Origin: Octopus sinensis
Taxonomy: Eukaryota
Direction of reading: 5' to 3'
DNA length: 23,832 nucleotides
Assembly (NCBI RefSeq): GCF_006345805.1
Contig: NW_021836428.1
Location: 1 to 23,832 of the forward strand
In this document: one piece after another, positions 10,359 through 21,848 of the stretch
Numbering within the stretch: position 1 is the first letter of the stretch
Layout of the letters: each line of letters starts with the position of its first letter
The notes under the pieces: model-generated
What the model was told of the DNA's origin: nothing
The model's input: only the letters and a program-made list of their open reading frames with translations
Databases searched by the model: none
Made by a program: the position numbers and the translations under genes

Positions 10359-10700
10359 TATATATATATATATATATATTTATGTATATGCATGACATAT
10401 TTAATATATATGTATATATATATATTATATCTATATATATATATATATATATCTATATATATATATATATATTATATATATATGCAGATAAACACCATAC
10501 ACACATAGACATATATACTACACGTGTGAATTGATATGTATAGATGCATACATATATACACATATATATGCATTATATATATATAATATATATATATATA
10601 TAGATATATATATGTGTGTGTGTGTGTGTGTGCAACATATATATATATATACATATATATATATACGTATATAAGTACATTTGTGTGTGTGCGTGTGTGC
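10180..10700. repeat. Degenerate (TA)n/(TG)n low-complexity tract
   Basis: Direct reading of the sequence. Confidence 0.9.
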
Positions 10701-10907
10701 GTGTTTATATATTTATACAGAGAGAAGGGAGAGGGAATAAGTGGGAGAGAGAGTTTATCTCGTGTGTTACATAATTCAATAATATACACCCTAAGTTATG
10801 TGGCATTTCAGTGTTAACTATAGAAACCATTTACAACGGTATTAATGGTATTAATCTATCACTAAAAATGAACTTTTCTAAAGGGCAATCGCATTTCTTT
10901 ATCATAC

Positions 10908-10935
10908 GGAACACTGTGTTTTCACAACGACAAAG
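10908..10935 (-). CDS. Candidate micro-exon (28 nt)
   Basis: Acceptor CCTGCCTACAG and donor GTATGA. Reads LCRCENTVF (phase 0) or FVVVKTQCS (phase 2). Confidence 0.2.
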
Positions 10936-11256
10936 CTGTAGGCAGGTATCGAAATTCGGCAAATTTTTTTCTTTTTTATATATATATATCTTCACAAATT
11001 TGTTCTAAGCTAAGTTATATACACTCACATACATTGATACACCTTTGCGCACAAAAAAAAAAAAGTAATAATAAATATGATTGAAAAATATATGACAAAA
11101 AGGACAAAGAATAAGGAATTTGTACCGTTTCAGATTTAGAGCCACAAACAAAATGTATGTTCTATGAATGACGGAATGCCTGATTGAATGAATAAATGAA
11201 ATAAAATGAAAGCAACATACGTATAAATGTCATAAAAAATAGCAAAAACATTCTAC

Positions 11257-11313
11257 CTCAAGTTTACCCGAAAGTGTGTTCAGCTTCCAACTTTTGAAAG
11301 CCTTCAAAATCCC
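11257..11313 (-). CDS. Candidate short exon
   Basis: Acceptor CCATTTTCTGAACAG. Donor is either GTAGAA (exon end 11257; GILKAFKSWKLNTLSGKLE) or GTAAAC (exon end 11268; DFEGFQKLEAEHTF). Confidence 0.25.
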
Positions 11314-12254
11314 CTGTTCAGAAAATGGACGAAAACGCGATACATTTCATCAAAGCGTATGTATAATTGCAGAGTACGTATGCTTATATAACACGAAGAA
11401 AGGACACAGAATATATATTATTTTCTCTTCACTAATCTTACATCTGTTTATTAAAAGAAAATATAAATGCCTATGTACATATACTTATACGTATACACAA
11501 AAAAAATATCTCTTATAGAGGCATATATATAAATAAAATAACATATATAAAGAATTATTTGAAATGCTTAAATATGAACGGTTGTATTATACATATTTAG
11601 TGCAGATGTTTTATGAACAAGAAAGAAATAAAAATTACATCAATTCTTCGTACTTTCATTCCTTTTACATTTCAAGTGTAATAAAACGTAACTTAATACA
11701 TTTTTTATATATATATAAATACTTATGTAAATAAAATACATACTTACACGAGCTAGCGTATTTAAATTACTTTTAAAATTACGCATGGTTCTTGGACGCG
11801 ATTGCATACATAACAATTTACAAATATAATATATAGTTATTCGTGCATAATACAGTGTATATGCGCATGTGTGTGTGTGTCTGTATGTGCGTGTGTGTGT
11901 GTGATTCTGTGTGTTTATATATGCATATGTACATATACGTAAAGTGACATAAATGCTTATATATGTATGAGCATATAGGCATTGGTATGTATATATAGAA
12001 ATATGTGTGTATGTGTGTGTGTATGTCTGTGTATGTCTGTGTTTGTGTGAATTTGTGTGTGCGTATATATATAAATATCATTAAGTACCACTAAAGATTT
12101 TGTATTTATATTATGAATGTGTTTGCTTTTATCCATTTTGTAAATTTGAGCGCTAAAGTTATTACCGATGCTGGTTAAGAGTAGAATGACGGTGATGTTT
12201 AGAAACATAGATACAGTTTATATTTTAAAAATCTAATTCTTTGTAACGTATACG

Positions 12255-12430
12255 TGTGTGCATTTGGTTTCAAATTTTGGCCCAAGCAATTTCGTGGAAG
12301 TGGATTAGATGGACTCCAATGTTCAACTGGTATTTATGTTATCAACCCCAAAAGGATGAAAGTCAAAGCCGGCCCCGACGCAATCTGAACTCAGAAATTT
12401 CATTCTGCCCAGAGTGCTAATGATTCATTT
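12255..12430 (-). mobile_element. Decayed family B SINE
   Basis: CAACTGGTATTTATGTTATCAACCCCAAAAGGATGAAAGTCAAAG...TGAACTCAGAA matches the family B central block with many substitutions. Confidence 0.65.
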
Positions 12431-12628
12431 GTATGCATTGGATCTCTCCGTTTTCAAACTTTATAATTATATATGTATATATATGTACATGTGTATTAGA
12501 AGGTTTGGAGATGATGTACAGGTATATTATATTAGAAGAAATGAGGTACTCAGAAATTCGTATGGTTTTATATTTACAGATATTTATTTGTATATTACAT
12601 GTTTTTATGCATCATATATCATACATCA

Positions 12629-12997
12629 TCTCTCTCTATATAAACGGCAGTTTGCCTGTGTGTGTTTCTGTGTGTCTGTTAGGTTGTAACCTCACCCTGA
12701 CCACGGCTTTCAACTGATTCTGATGAAACGTGACACACACATAGCCCAATGTCATAATTCAAAACTAACGCAGCGAAAATTTTGAAAAGTTCCCCCAGTT
12801 CTGAAAAAAATCGATAAATTCGACATGGGGTCGAGAATCAGAAACACAAACCACAGACTGTCATGGGGACGCAACTCGACCTTTTTAACTAAAAAAAATT
12901 ACCATCATTTTTTTTCCATTTTTTGGCTATAACTCTCTAAAAATGCTTTATAGTTATTTCCCTTACAAACCCGAGCAACGCCGGGCGATACTGCTAG
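12629..12997 (+). mobile_element. Non-autonomous Helitron (copy 2, different body)
   Basis: A|TC start. CCCGAGCAACGCCGGG hairpin (12970-12985), 8-nt spacer, CTAG|T. The last ~80 bp are nearly identical to 2762-2841. Confidence 0.8.
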
Positions 12998-13048
12998 TAT
13001 ATTATATATTAGCGCTTTCGCCCATTCTAGTGGAGTTGTCAAATTGAA

Positions 13049-13082
<34 letters not shown>

Positions 13083-13165
13083 ACGTGGCCAGAGTAATAC
13101 GCAGTGAGTCTGAACCCAGAATCATTTGTTTGGGAAGCTATCTTCTTACCACACAGCTACGCCTG
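13083..13165 (-). mobile_element. Old decayed head of a family A SINE
   Basis: Minus strand CAGGCGTAGCTGTGTGGTAAGAAGATAGCTTCCC...GGGTTCAGACTCACTGCG aligns to the family A head. Confidence 0.6.
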
Positions 13166-13166
13166 C

Positions 13167-13564
13167 TCTCTTTACTCTCTCTTTTACTTGTTTCAGTCAT
13201 TTGGCTGCGGCCATGCTGGAGCACCGCCTTTAATCGAGCAAATCGACCCCGGGACTTATTCTTTTGTAAGCCCAGTACTTATTCTATCGGTCTCTTTTGC
13301 AGAACCGCTAAGTAACGGGGACGTAAACACACCAACATCGGTTGTCAAGCAATGCTAGGGGGAGGCACACAGACACACAAACATATATATATACATATAT
13401 ACGACGGGCTTCTTTCAGTTTCCGTCTACCAAATCCACTCACAAGGCATTGGTCGGCCCGGGGCTATAGAAGAAGACACTTGCACAAGGTGCCACGCAGT
13501 GGGACTGAACCCGGAACCATGTGGTTGGTTAGCAAGCTACTTACCACACAGCCACTCCTGCGCC
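13167..13564 (-). mobile_element. tRNA-derived SINE, family A
   Basis: Complete head to tail. An 18-mer covering the head (AGCCACTCCTGCGCCTAT) is tandemly duplicated at 13550-13567 and 13569-13586. Confidence 0.85.
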
Positions 13565-13604
13565 TATAAGCCACTCCTGCGCCTATTATCTATATGTTTT
13601 CATT

Positions 13605-14016
13605 CTTACTTCCTTATTTCCCACATGGGGCTAAATATAGAGGGGACAAACAAGGACAGACAAAGGGGTCAAGTTGATTACATCGACTCCAGTGCGTAAC
13701 TGGTACTTATTTAATCGACTCCGAAAGGATGAAAGGTAAAGTCGACCTCGGTGGAATTTGAACTCAGAACGAAATTCCGGCAGACGAAATACCTATTTCT
13801 TTACTACTCACAAGGGGCTAAACACAGAGAGGACAAATAAGGACAGACAAACGGATTAAGTCGATAATATCGACCCCAATGCGTAACTGGTACTTATTTA
13901 ATCGACCCAGAAAGGATTGAAGGCAAAGTCAACATCGGCGGAATTTGAACTCAGAATGTAACAGCAGACGAAATACCGCTAAGCATTTCGCCCGGCGTGC
14001 TAACCAGCTCGCCGCC
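13605..14016 (-). mobile_element. tRNA-derived SINE, family B, dimeric
   Basis: Same head and twice-repeated central block plus linker (GGGGCTAAACACAGAG...GGACAGACAAA) as 3455-3797. Confidence 0.8.
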
Positions 14017-15329
14017 CTGCATTTTTTCATATTGTCCAAACTAGCAAGTTCTTCTTTTCAGATATTTGCGTGTCTCCTGAATTAAATTTTTTTACCAATG
14101 ACTCAAATAGGACCAGAACTTACCTAATGGGATCATATTGGACGCTGTTGCATAAACACTTGTTTATTCTTTATTCACTGATAATATATATTCTAAAATT
14201 TCTTTTAAGCAATTGTGTTTGCGTTACGCGTATGTATTGTAAATATGTATTTAAATATTTTACTTCTGATAAACAAAAGTACTGAAACGGCAAATATCAA
14301 CGGAGCATCTCACTTAGTGCAATTTTGACACTTGCCGCTTTCTTGTGAGCTGTCAATGCCAATAAGGGTATAATACTAAAGTCAGGGTAAGAAACAGTTC
14401 GAACTGAATTGAGGCAATGAAGAATAATAGCATAAGAATAACATTACCCACCCAGAAATACAACAAAATACTTGCAATAAATCTGAACTCAAAAACCGTG
14501 AGCCTGCACAATACCTATTTACTCAACCGTTTCAAATTCAAGTTTGTTCCGGTACAAAGTTCTTTCAGATTTTGTATTTTTTGTCTATTCACGTCTCCAC
14601 TTTTGTTCATTTTAATTGTTTGGCTTCTTTTGTCATGTGAGCCTTTAGTAAAATATTATTATCATTTTCTTCTGTTTGGGTGCCGACTCTTTTGAATTGA
14701 TGGTGGTTTCCTTTTCCTATACAAAGCAGTGGGACTCGGTGTGTTCTCATGTTAAAAATCACTTTTTATTCTTCGTAAATTTAGGTTAAAATGGGAGCGG
14801 GGTTACGTTTTCTTTTTTATAGATATTATACTGTTTTAAAGCAAAACAACATATTACTCACAAAGAATATGATTTATAATTGGTACCTATCCCAATACAA
14901 TTTTCAACCCATTTTGTCTCATCGGAAAAAAACTGTTACTATATATGACCTTTAATTAGCACTAACAACCCTTTAAATAATTTATGTGTCCCTTCGCATC
15001 TTTGTGTAATTTGCTAAAGAAACAAATAAAGAATTATGAACTTATCGGTCTGAGCAAATGTTGCAACAGAACTGAATTTACGGGCTTTTGGTTGATTATA
15101 TTGATCCAATATTTTGTTATTTTATTATTGATCTAATTAGATTGAAAAGATAAAATCGACATTGGCTTTATGCAGCTTCAGAGGGATATAAAAAAAAATT
15201 ACCACGGGTTATTTTACCATCTTATTCATAAAAATGTACATGTACACAAATAGAGATATACATATACAACTCTATGTACACACACAAACGCAAGCTCACA
15301 CATATGTATGTAGTATATATGTATGTATG

Positions 15330-15402
<73 letters not shown>

Positions 15403-15476
15403 ATATATACTAAAAGTCCCAAAACTTGGCATCAATAACTAACCGTTATCTAAATCTAATTATATTACCTTTGCAG

Positions 15477-15597
15477 AAAATCCAACAATACCAATGCAAG
15501 TGATCCCACTTTGAATCGACAAACACTTTCCACTTTAGAAGAATGTAGGAAAACTCAGAACGACGCAACTATATCAGAGATTCACAATCAGCCATAA
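15477..15597 (+). CDS. Candidate terminal exon (unidentified)
   Basis: Acceptor TTACCTTTGCAG, then 39 open codons KSNNTNASDPTLNRQTLSTLEECRKTQNDATISEIHNQP* in non-repetitive sequence. Confidence 0.2.
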
Positions 15598-15707
15598 AAT
15601 ATGTTCATTCCCATTATCATTTGCCTAAACGGATATCACTATGATATATGATGGAAAAGAAAACCAGTAAAATATGGTGAATTTTGATTAATTTGTCTCG
15701 AGTTAAG

Positions 15708-15750
15708 CTGTGCCGACGATTCCAAAGAAAGATGAAATAGCTCTATACAC
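15708..15750 (+). ncRNA. Degenerate minimal hammerhead-like motif
   Basis: TGTG-CCGACGA-tTC..GAt-GAAA-TAGCTC-TA-TACA. Helix I is 4 bp, helix III is one change from the palindrome GAGCTC, and core U4 is replaced by C. Confidence 0.3.
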
Positions 15751-15957
15751 GACTACTAATGACTAAAATTTTTAAGAACATTTATTTAAGGACTTTTATT
15801 TTGTGTAAGACAAAAATCAAATTTTAAATTTTAAATTTCTCTAACTCAAATTAGTTTAAGCCAGAAGAGATTATCTCCCCTTTAATGGTAAATCACCGCC
15901 AAAAGCAAGCCCCGTGCATGTGTGTTTGTATATATTTGTGTGTTTGTATGTAAGATA

Positions 15958-16030
<73 letters not shown>

Positions 16031-16304
16031 GGATGTCCGAGTGCGCTGTGTTGTCCAAATGAACATTATTCATCAGAATGCGGACATCAAATTTATCTTC
16101 TGAATTTTATTGAGGATTTTTTTCTTTTCATTGATAGATGTGAAAACTCTACAACTTACCATTGATATTAACATCAAATGTTCAATGTAATTGAAGAACA
16201 GTGATAATAGACCTTTGATCTGTAAAGGCAATAACCCGAAAGTACATAAAAAAATTGTTATGTATGATATTCAGAAAGATATCAGATTATAGCAAAAACA
16301 CACT

Positions 16305-16410
16305 TGTCTCAAATACGATGCAGTGGAATCGTTTCAGAGGTCTTATGATTGCGTCTACAATTCATACATTCGGAAAAAAATCATGCTGTGGAATTTCGTC
16401 AGCGAGGAAA
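16305..16410 (-). ncRNA. Degenerate hammerhead-like motif
   Basis: CTGACGA (16402-16396); GAAA (16335-16332); helix III ACGAT/ATCGT (5 bp) ending in GTA; internal ATGATT/AATCAT stem in the helix II region. Helix I and the base of helix II pair poorly. Confidence 0.35.
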
Positions 16411-16471
16411 TCTCTACATAAATATACTATGTTAAAAATACTATTTATAGTCCTTTCTCAGAGGACTGTCT

Positions 16472-17280
16472 GTCCCTCAGGGGACTATCTTGGGCCGGTT
16501 TCGCTTTATGGTTTATATAAACGACCTTTCCAGCGTCATAAAACACAGCAAAGTAAAAATATTCGCTGATGACTCTAAGCTCCAGAAAATTATTAATGAA
16601 GAAGACCGAACTGAACTCCAGTCTGATCTGCATGCTGTGTGTCAGTGGGCAGACAAAAACAAAATGCAACTAAAAGAAGGAAAATTTTAGCTGATGCATT
16701 TTTGAAGAAAGACTATGCTAAAACAGCCATATCTCTTCCTTCGGGGGAACCACTCACAGCATCTAATATCAAAGACCTAGGAGTATTGTTGATAACAATC
16801 TCAGCTGGTATGCCCACATCAACAATACGGTCAATATAGCTCATAGGATGAGCTCCTGTGTCCTAAGAACCTCCCGGCCCAAAGAATAAGGTGTTATCAC
16901 TTCACTTTTCTCCTCCTTTGTACGATCATGCCTCGAATACTACTGCCCCATGTGGTCTCCCCATACAAAACAAAACATTTCGGAAATTGAATCAACCGCC
17001 GTGGGCGATATATCATTTGTACGGTGTGGAGAATATACCACCAGCATTGTCCAAACGACCTCCACATTAGCTTTAAAATTCATCCAAGATTAAGACTACG
17101 ACCCACTTATCCCCTGCTCAGTTCGGGATCACAACTCTTAAATACACTGCAAACAATTTCTTTTCCTCAACAGGCCCTGCCCTATTTAACATTTTCTCGA
17201 AGCAGATCAAAAAGGAAATGGATCTCATTGCCTTGAAATGGAATCTGGACAAATTTCTTCAAGGAATACCAGATAAGCCA
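16472..17280 (+). pseudogene. CR1/L2-group LINE reverse-transcriptase remnant (5'-truncated, stops, frameshifts, internal deletion)
   Basis: VPQGTILG..FMVYINDL..VKIFADDSKL..LQSDL..CQWADKNKMQL, KDLGVLL, FVRSCLEYYCPMWSPH..ISEIES, RRGRYII, LDKFLQGIPDKP are the typical motifs of the non-LTR RT and its C-terminal region. Confidence 0.9.
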
Positions 17281-18069
17281 CATACATGTGTGCATGTGAG
17301 TATGTAGGTTTATATAAGGAGTTAATTCGGAATTAGTAATCCTAGAAAAATACTTCAGCACTCTGCAGGTTGAAGTACCCTAGGCTAACAAAGAGGCCTT
17401 GTGATCAGTATTGTATTCCAGGAAATCGGAAGTCAAAAGCCGAGAACAAAATCCATCACCTGTGAAATTTATAAATTCATGGTTGCATTACTCAGTTACG
17501 ACGGTATATTTTTACAGAATAATACATAAAAAAATATAGAAGTTATGGATTATACACATCGATTTATTGATTATAGGCTTACATCTGTTTCAGATATGTG
17601 TTTGGGTGTTTTCAAGGTTCAGTTTTATGAATCGAACTGAAAATATAAAGTATCACCAGCACAATGCTATCTTCAGCAGAACTGAAACCAAATTGCGAAA
17701 GAAAAAAAGAAAAGGAAAGAGGATGGAATTTGTTCAGTATCGTCTGTTTCTAGCCGTCGACCATGTAGTTGGTTCTCTCTTACAATTGGAGTATAGATTT
17801 GACAACCAATAAAGACAGTTGATAATAAACCCTTCAACTTCATTAGGGGACAGTGGCAGGTTTTGGCATTTACTATTATATTTTTGAAGCAATGTGAAGG
17901 GAGATGTATTTGCAAATATAGAAACTTAAAAGCAGCTATGGTATTACTGACTATTTTTAACCTGAACAATCAAAATCAATTTCAATAATTACCAGGAATT
18001 CATATAATTCCAAAACTTAACGGAAATAGTTTTGAACATATATGAACTTATAGTAATTAATTAATTAGT

Positions 18070-18112
<43 letters not shown>

Positions 18113-18238
18113 TTAGAGATAAAACCACTATTAGGCAAATCAAACAATGAAAAACTTAAGCCAATACATAAAATTAATTAATTTATATTATTTTAAATAT
18201 ATATCAAAAGTATTAAAAGTTTAATAAAGATAATGAGT

Positions 18239-18315
18239 AAAACACTACGATCGTTTCATGGCTGTCCAATTCGTAATAATTCGAGTTATGGTTACAGTCA
18301 GTCTTCAGGTAATTG
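18239..18315 (-). ncRNA. Type I hammerhead motif with palindromic helix III (PLE-style)
   Basis: AATTAC-CTGAAGA-c-TGACTGT...ACAGCCA-t-GAAA-CGATCG-TA-GTGTTT. Core intact; helix II 6 of 7 bp; triplet GUA; predicted cut between 18246 and 18245. Confidence 0.55.
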
Positions 18316-18469
18316 AAATATCTAAAATATAATCAGAAATATTTAAACAATATTTTTAAGATATAAATAATATAATAATTTTACTTATAATAAACTCTAT
18401 TATCAAACTAGAAACATAAACTTAACAATTGTGATTATATCAAAATCGACTATATATATATATATATAT

Positions 18470-18510
<41 letters not shown>

Positions 18511-18958
18511 TAGAGGAGAGAGAATGAATAAATAGAGTAAAATGTAAGATGGAGTACATTTGTTTAATGACCATTACACTTGTTTCAATACAACATAGAT
18601 TCACATGTATACAGAATTTAAATTTGAATTCAGTAACGGTTTGCCTTATAATAGGATCTAGTTGTACCTCATCGGGTGCTATATAATCGCTGTCTCCGTA
18701 AGTAAGTGCTTGATTTCAATGCTATCACATTCAACCGGCTCTTTTGAATCTAGCAGACAATTTCAATCGGCTCGGTGTGAGCGTGCCTCTACACGCTCCA
18801 CATGAGCGGCATTGTGTGTGTTGTCTGTTTACTTTGTTTCACGTGCTAGTGTGCACATGCTGAATTTTATTATTTCGCAAATACACTTACACGTACGTTC
18901 ATATTTATACAATCACTCACACATATATATCACTACGTCTCTAGGAATCCCCATGCAT

Positions 18959-19000
<42 letters not shown>

Positions 19001-19239
19001 ACACACACACACGCGTATACACAAAAACACACACATATATATAAAGTATATATGTACACACACACATATAGCGATCAACAAACACATTCACACCCATACA
19101 CAGACGCACATACATTTATCTACTCATATTAATGTAAATAGTTATACTGTTGGACGCTCCATCATAAATACACACACCCCTATACAGACGTGAGACGGGA
19201 AAGGATAGGTTTAGTGAAATAGAATAATAGTTATAATTT

Positions 19240-19530
19240 TTATACACTGTTCCATCCATAAAATGCATATTTGGCGCGGTGGTTACACATTGGAATTTTC
19301 TCATCGAGTTTGTTTACCAGATTTTCATTACTCAGCTGTATACTCAATGCTTCCTCAAAGCAAAGATCACATTTGTCGGATAGCGAATTACATGGGTGTG
19401 ATTTTAAAAATATTTTTGACTATTCCATTTGGTATTTAATTTATGATTCTTTGACTTTTCACATGAGGTCTGCCAGTGAGGTCATGTATCGTCTATCTAT
19501 TTTTCAGAATGACGAGATGTTGCATGGTCG
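19240..19530 (-). pseudogene. Penelope-like element GIY-YIG endonuclease C-terminal remnant
   Basis: One minus frame with several stops reads ..SSF*KIDRRYMTSLADLM*KVKES*IKYQME*SKIFLKSHPCNSLSDKCDLCFEEALSIQLSNENLVNKLDEKIPMCNHRAKY... This fits the PLE motif T.LS..IW.LK....Y.I.W.I...C.LC..E..I...LLNKR.E...CRH..K as I recall it. Confidence 0.65.
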
Positions 19531-20098
19531 GGTTGTCGTTGACAAAATCGGCCCTCCTGATTACTAGGCTTTCCAACAGGAGTAAAACAAGACCTGTCAA
19601 CAGGATTGGTCAAAATAGATCAGGTTTAGCAGATATATACCAATAGCATGGGCCCTTAGAAATTCTGGGCTGGTGTCCAATATTTTAGAAGACCACTGGG
19701 AATGAGGCACTGCGAAGATTTTGTTAAAGTATGTCTCTAGGAAGAGGTCATTCTCTCGTAAAACAGGATATGCAGGGAATGGTCATTTGAGGGATTTTTG
19801 ATTAAGCTTGAGACCATGGTGCTGCTACATTCCTGAGCCTTCAACCTATACTGGCAATGGACATCTTGCCCTGAATTTTCTCTGGATTATATCAATAGGG
19901 CAGACAGACTGTATGAGATTTATTAGACCTAAAATTTTCGGTTGTGAGATCGGCGACGAAGCAATTTCTAATGCTCGGTCGAGTAGGACACCTTATCGAG
20001 CTTGGAAGCCGTAGGTGCGTGCTTTGCTGAAATTTTGCACTTACAATGGTCTATGATGGTCTTTCTCGGTCACGAGTGGACAGCCATCATACACACAC

Positions 20099-20145
<47 letters not shown>

Positions 20146-20376
20146 ACATAAAAGTATCTATAACTCCATCCTCTCATTTGTCTCGTTTCCCTCTTTCTGT
20201 CTGTCAACACAATATTTACATTCTATTCTTTATAGTTTTATGTGTGTGCTTCGACATATTCCCCAAAAGAATTATATATATATATATACTTGTATATATG
20301 TATATATGTAATATATATATATCTATCTGTACATATATGTATTTATATGTATATATTGTATGTATATATGTGTATG

Positions 20377-20422
<46 letters not shown>

Positions 20423-20855
20423 TATATATATACATATATATATATTTATATGTATATATATGTATGTATATATATGTGTGTGTATATGTATAATAATATA
20501 ATTATATATATATATATATATATACAAACACACACCCATACATGCATTCATATGGTCTATGTGAATCCTTTGCCTATCCTTTGCCTATTATCCCACTCCT
20601 TGTCTTGTCTTCTTTATGTCCGTCATAGTTTACAGACATACTTTCTCTTTATTCTCTGCTTTATTGTTTGTATTGTAGTCTTTCTGACTTGTTCTTTAAC
20701 ATTCAGCTCTGTTTTGTACGCTTCTTTTGTTTCATTCTCGATTTACCGCTCTTCCCTTTGTCTTTCGTCTATTCTCCTGTTTTTTAAATATTCTTTCTGT
20801 ATTCACTTCTCCGTTCAGCATTTTCCCCATATATCGTGTGTGTGTGTGTATATAT

Positions 20856-20927
<72 letters not shown>

Positions 20928-20928
<1 letters not shown>

Positions 20929-20987
20929 CTAAAGTTCCTGGCTTTAAGGGTGTCGGGAAAAGCCTGGTTGGAGCTTATAAAAACTGA
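20928..20987 (+). mobile_element. Fragment of the same mariner derivative as 1022-1222
   Basis: AAAGTTCCTGGCTTTAAGGGTGTCGGGAAAAGCCTGGTTGGAG aligns to the reverse complement of about 1167-1209. Confidence 0.65.
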
Positions 20988-21029
20988 AGGATTATGGCCA
21001 TAAGTGTTTGAATTTGAGGGTCCATACTT

Positions 21030-21466
21030 TGGCACAAGACCAGTAATATCGGGGGAGCGGGGAAATCAATCACATTGATCCCAGTGCTCAACTGGTACTT
21101 ATTTTATCGATTCCAAAAAGATAAAAAGCAAAGTTGACCTTAGTGGATTTTGATCTCAAAACGTAAAGACGAACGAATAGCTAGAAAGTATTTTGTCAGG
21201 CGTGCTAACGATTCTGCCAGTTCGCTGCCGTCTTAATGCTAATGAAAATAATCCTTTCTACTATAAATACAAGGCCTGAAATTTGGGGGAATTGAGGCTA
21301 GTCGATTACATCGACCCCAGTGCATAACTGGTACTTATTTTATTGACTTCGAAAGGATGAAAGGCAAAGTCGACCTCGGTCGTATTTGAACTCAGAACTT
21401 ACAAACGAACGAAATAACGTTGAGCATTTTCTCCGACGTGCTCTCGACTCTGCTAGATCACTGCCT
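21030..21466 (-). mobile_element. Two tandem decayed family B SINEs (about 21030-21230 and 21240-21466)
   Basis: Each has the CCCAGTG..AACTGGTACTTATTTTAT.GA...AAAG.AAAGT.GACCT block and a head remnant (GCGTGCTAACGATTCTGCCAG; ACGTGCT..CGACTCTGCTAG). Confidence 0.7.
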
Positions 21467-21732
21467 TGATATTAATAATAATGATAAATATTATTTTTAG
21501 AACTCATAGTATTATATGCATATATGTATATACATCTATAAGTATAGCATATGTGCTTGTACATATGTGTGTGTGTGTGTAATACAGTATTAATAAAATA
21601 CTGTTACCCCAAACGCCATACGATACGACGTTCCTGCAGTAATTCTACGGATAACAACAGGTAATCGAAACTCTGCCGGTGCTTTTACTCATAATCCGTT
21701 TATACTACAATCTTGTATAATGTTTCCAGTAT

Positions 21733-21794
<62 letters not shown>

Positions 21795-21848
21795 TTATAT
21801 ATCATATATATAACAAAGTTGTAAGTTACCGCACGAGTGGAAATATAT

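Noticed and set aside
12712-12730. CTGATGAAAC inside Helitron copy 2
   Set aside because: Core halves overlap with no room for helix II; more likely an ordinary internal Helitron motif.
13085-13699. Overlapping 75-115 aa ORFs with ordinary-looking composition
   Set aside because: They lie entirely within SINE copies. The same peptides recur at other SINE copies (5321-5578, 9038-9316).
14417-14695. 92-aa ORF with a hydrophobic stretch and nearby splice-like sites
   Set aside because: Hydrophobicity follows from T-rich composition. Several incompatible exon readings exist and none has recognisable homology.
17567-17969. Overlapping 81-aa (+) and 98-aa (-) ORFs in unique sequence
   Set aside because: No recognisable domain; lengths are within chance range; no consistent splice structure found.
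18691-18703. 13-mer TGTCTCCGTAAGT identical to the reconstructed empty site of the foldback's left arm
   Set aside because: Flanks do not align; treated as coincidence.
19766-19870. Repeated peptide Y(A/T)GNGHL in one plus frame
   Set aside because: The frame contains many stops and the opposite strand explains the neighbouring sequence (PLE relic); a two-copy 7-residue echo is insufficient evidence.
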